Shown: in pieces, positions 62,190 through 64,000 of the stretch
Position numbering within the stretch: position 1 is the first letter of the stretch
Layout: every line of letters starts with the position of its first letter
Source: Octopus vulgaris
Taxonomy: Eukaryota
DNA length: 64,000 nt
Assembly: GCA_951406725.2 (NCBI GenBank)
Contig: OX597833.1
Span: 35,030,001 to 35,094,000 of the forward strand
Direction of reading: 5' to 3'
Program-made: the position numbers and the translations under genes
The notes under the pieces: model-generated
What the model was told of the DNA's origin: nothing
The model's database searches: none
Seen by the model: only the letters and a program-made list of their open reading frames with translations

Positions 62190-62998
62190 ATACTCATACA
62201 TATGGAGCACAAATACGAGCAAAAATAGACACAAATATGAAGCTATGTAATCTCTTAACTCGACAACTGTTTCAAGGAGCTCAGAGTTATGTAATATTCA
62301 TGTTAGTCTTAGTTTGCGAATTAAATATGCAAAAACGTCTTGGGTATGCAAACGTAACTAGTCACATAGTGATATTGCAATAAGTTCAGCTTCTCTCATC
62401 ATGAAAAGATTGACAAAAGCGGTTCATATTGTAGCTCTAGCAGATTTAAACGGCTGAAGGAAGAGGGAAGTAAGAGCAGGAACGAAATGTAGGGAGAGGG
62501 AAGAGACATTTTACAACGAAGGAAGGAACTGAGGTAGAATAGCAAGAGTCCCTGGTAATCTACGCAGACAATAAATCAATGAAAGATGGTAGCTGACTAG
62601 ACAAAGAAAGAGAGAGAGAGAAGGGGGCGGGAAAGAGTGAAGAGATACAAGGAAGAGAGAGGGAGAGAGAGAGATAAGTAATGATGGACAGAAGTAGGGT
62701 TGTGAGTGCGTGTATGAAATGAGGTAACTGTATTTCCGTTTGTCTCTCTGGGATTCTACGTATCGCAGTTTACAACTGGTGTTTCAAGTTCTCGTGACTT
62801 AACAGTTGGGGAAAATAAAAAATCAGGTGCATTATCGTCAATTTGATCGATTAGAACCTTTCAAAGCAACGCTTAAGAAAGCTTGCAGTACAACGACTGA
62901 AGCCAGTAAAGGGAGCAAAATTGTGTAATATATTTATGTGAATATCTATGAATGTATGTATGTATGTATGTATGTATGTATGTATGTATGTATGTATG

Positions 62999-63043
<45 letters not shown>

Positions 63044-63057
63044 ACATGTATTTAGGT

Positions 63058-63335
63058 ATGAATATATTATTTAATAAACACAATAGATGTTTTTGTGCGC
63101 TACTATTTGTTTCATGTGCTGAGAGCATTCCAGATAGTATTTTTAGCACGACTGGTATCCTAGCACAATCATCAGACACTGCCTATATGGCATAATGAAC
63201 TGTTTGGCATGCTCTCAGCACATGAATCTAATAGTAGCACATAAGAACACATACTGTGTTTATTAAATAATATTTATATTTGACCAGATGGAATACTTTT
63301 GTTGTTGATATTCCCATCATGGATCTGTACACTAT
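63058..63335 (+). mobile_element. Hairpin mini-element family H4: diverged ~80-bp arms + tail
   Basis: 63058-63138 is an inverted copy of 63199-63280 (e.g. TTCATGTGCTGAGAGCAT / ATGCTCTCAGCACATGAA). Confidence 0.8.
63097..63179 (-). ncRNA. Type I hammerhead
   Basis: Minus strand GUGU-CUGAUGA-u-UGUGCU...AGCACA-u-GAAA-C(aaaua)G-UA-GCGC. Confidence 0.65.
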
Positions 63336-63862
63336 GTATGTATGTATGTATGTATGTATGTATGTATGTATGTATGTATGTATGTATGTATGTATGTATG
63401 CATCTATGCATGCATGTATGTATGTATGTATGTATGTATGTATGTATGTATGTATGTATGCATCTATGTATGCATGCATGCATGTATGTATGTATGTATG
63501 TACTTATGTATGTATATATCTAATATAATAAATGCGAAATCAATGACACTTTTCCTGTTGATGATGTTTTATTAAAAGTAGTAGTTGATGGTAGCAGTGG
63601 GAGTAATAATAAGAGAAAGAGAAAGAGTGGGTATGTGAGAGAAAGAGGGACTGAACTCTGAATCAATTTTCTTAGTACCACCACCATCGCTACCACATCT
63701 GCCATACACACGCACCATTCAGACTTCTGACGCCACCACAATGAATACCTTTGACTTCGCCGCCTTCCCCTGTACCACCATCATCACTATCTTTCACATC
63801 GCTTACTCTTACCGTCATCCCTGACCGTCTCAGCTACCACCACCCCCACTACCACCACCACC

Positions 63863-63896
<34 letters not shown>

Positions 63897-64000
63897 TCAT
63901 CACCGCCGCCTCCGCCTCATCACAACTACAGTTCATACTATTACTATCACCTCATTACCAGCACATACACACATGCATACATACATACATACATACATAC

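Overview
AT-rich eukaryotic non-coding DNA saturated with (TA)n/(TATG)n/(TATC)n/(ATT)n microsatellites and transposon debris; the repeat spectrum suggests an octopus-like cephalopod genome (inference). No intact host gene is recognisable, and almost all supplied ORFs are microsatellite artefacts. Recognisable content: three tRNA-derived SINE families (dozens of copies), LINE fragments (Tx1/L1-like, CR1/L2-group, R4/Dong-like, RTE-derived), two decayed Penelope-like elements (PLEs), two Tc1/mariner relics, hAT-type MITEs, an internally deleted Helitron and a 1.2-kb foldback palindrome. The main hidden signal is a dense set of self-cleaving ribozyme motifs: about 9 type I hammerheads (CUGA, CCGA and covariant U3-A8 UUGAAAA cores) and one decayed HDV-like motif. 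Several hammerheads lie inside short, sequence-unrelated snap-back (hairpin + tail) mini-elements embedded in microsatellites. All folds were assigned by eye, and many element boundaries are approximate.
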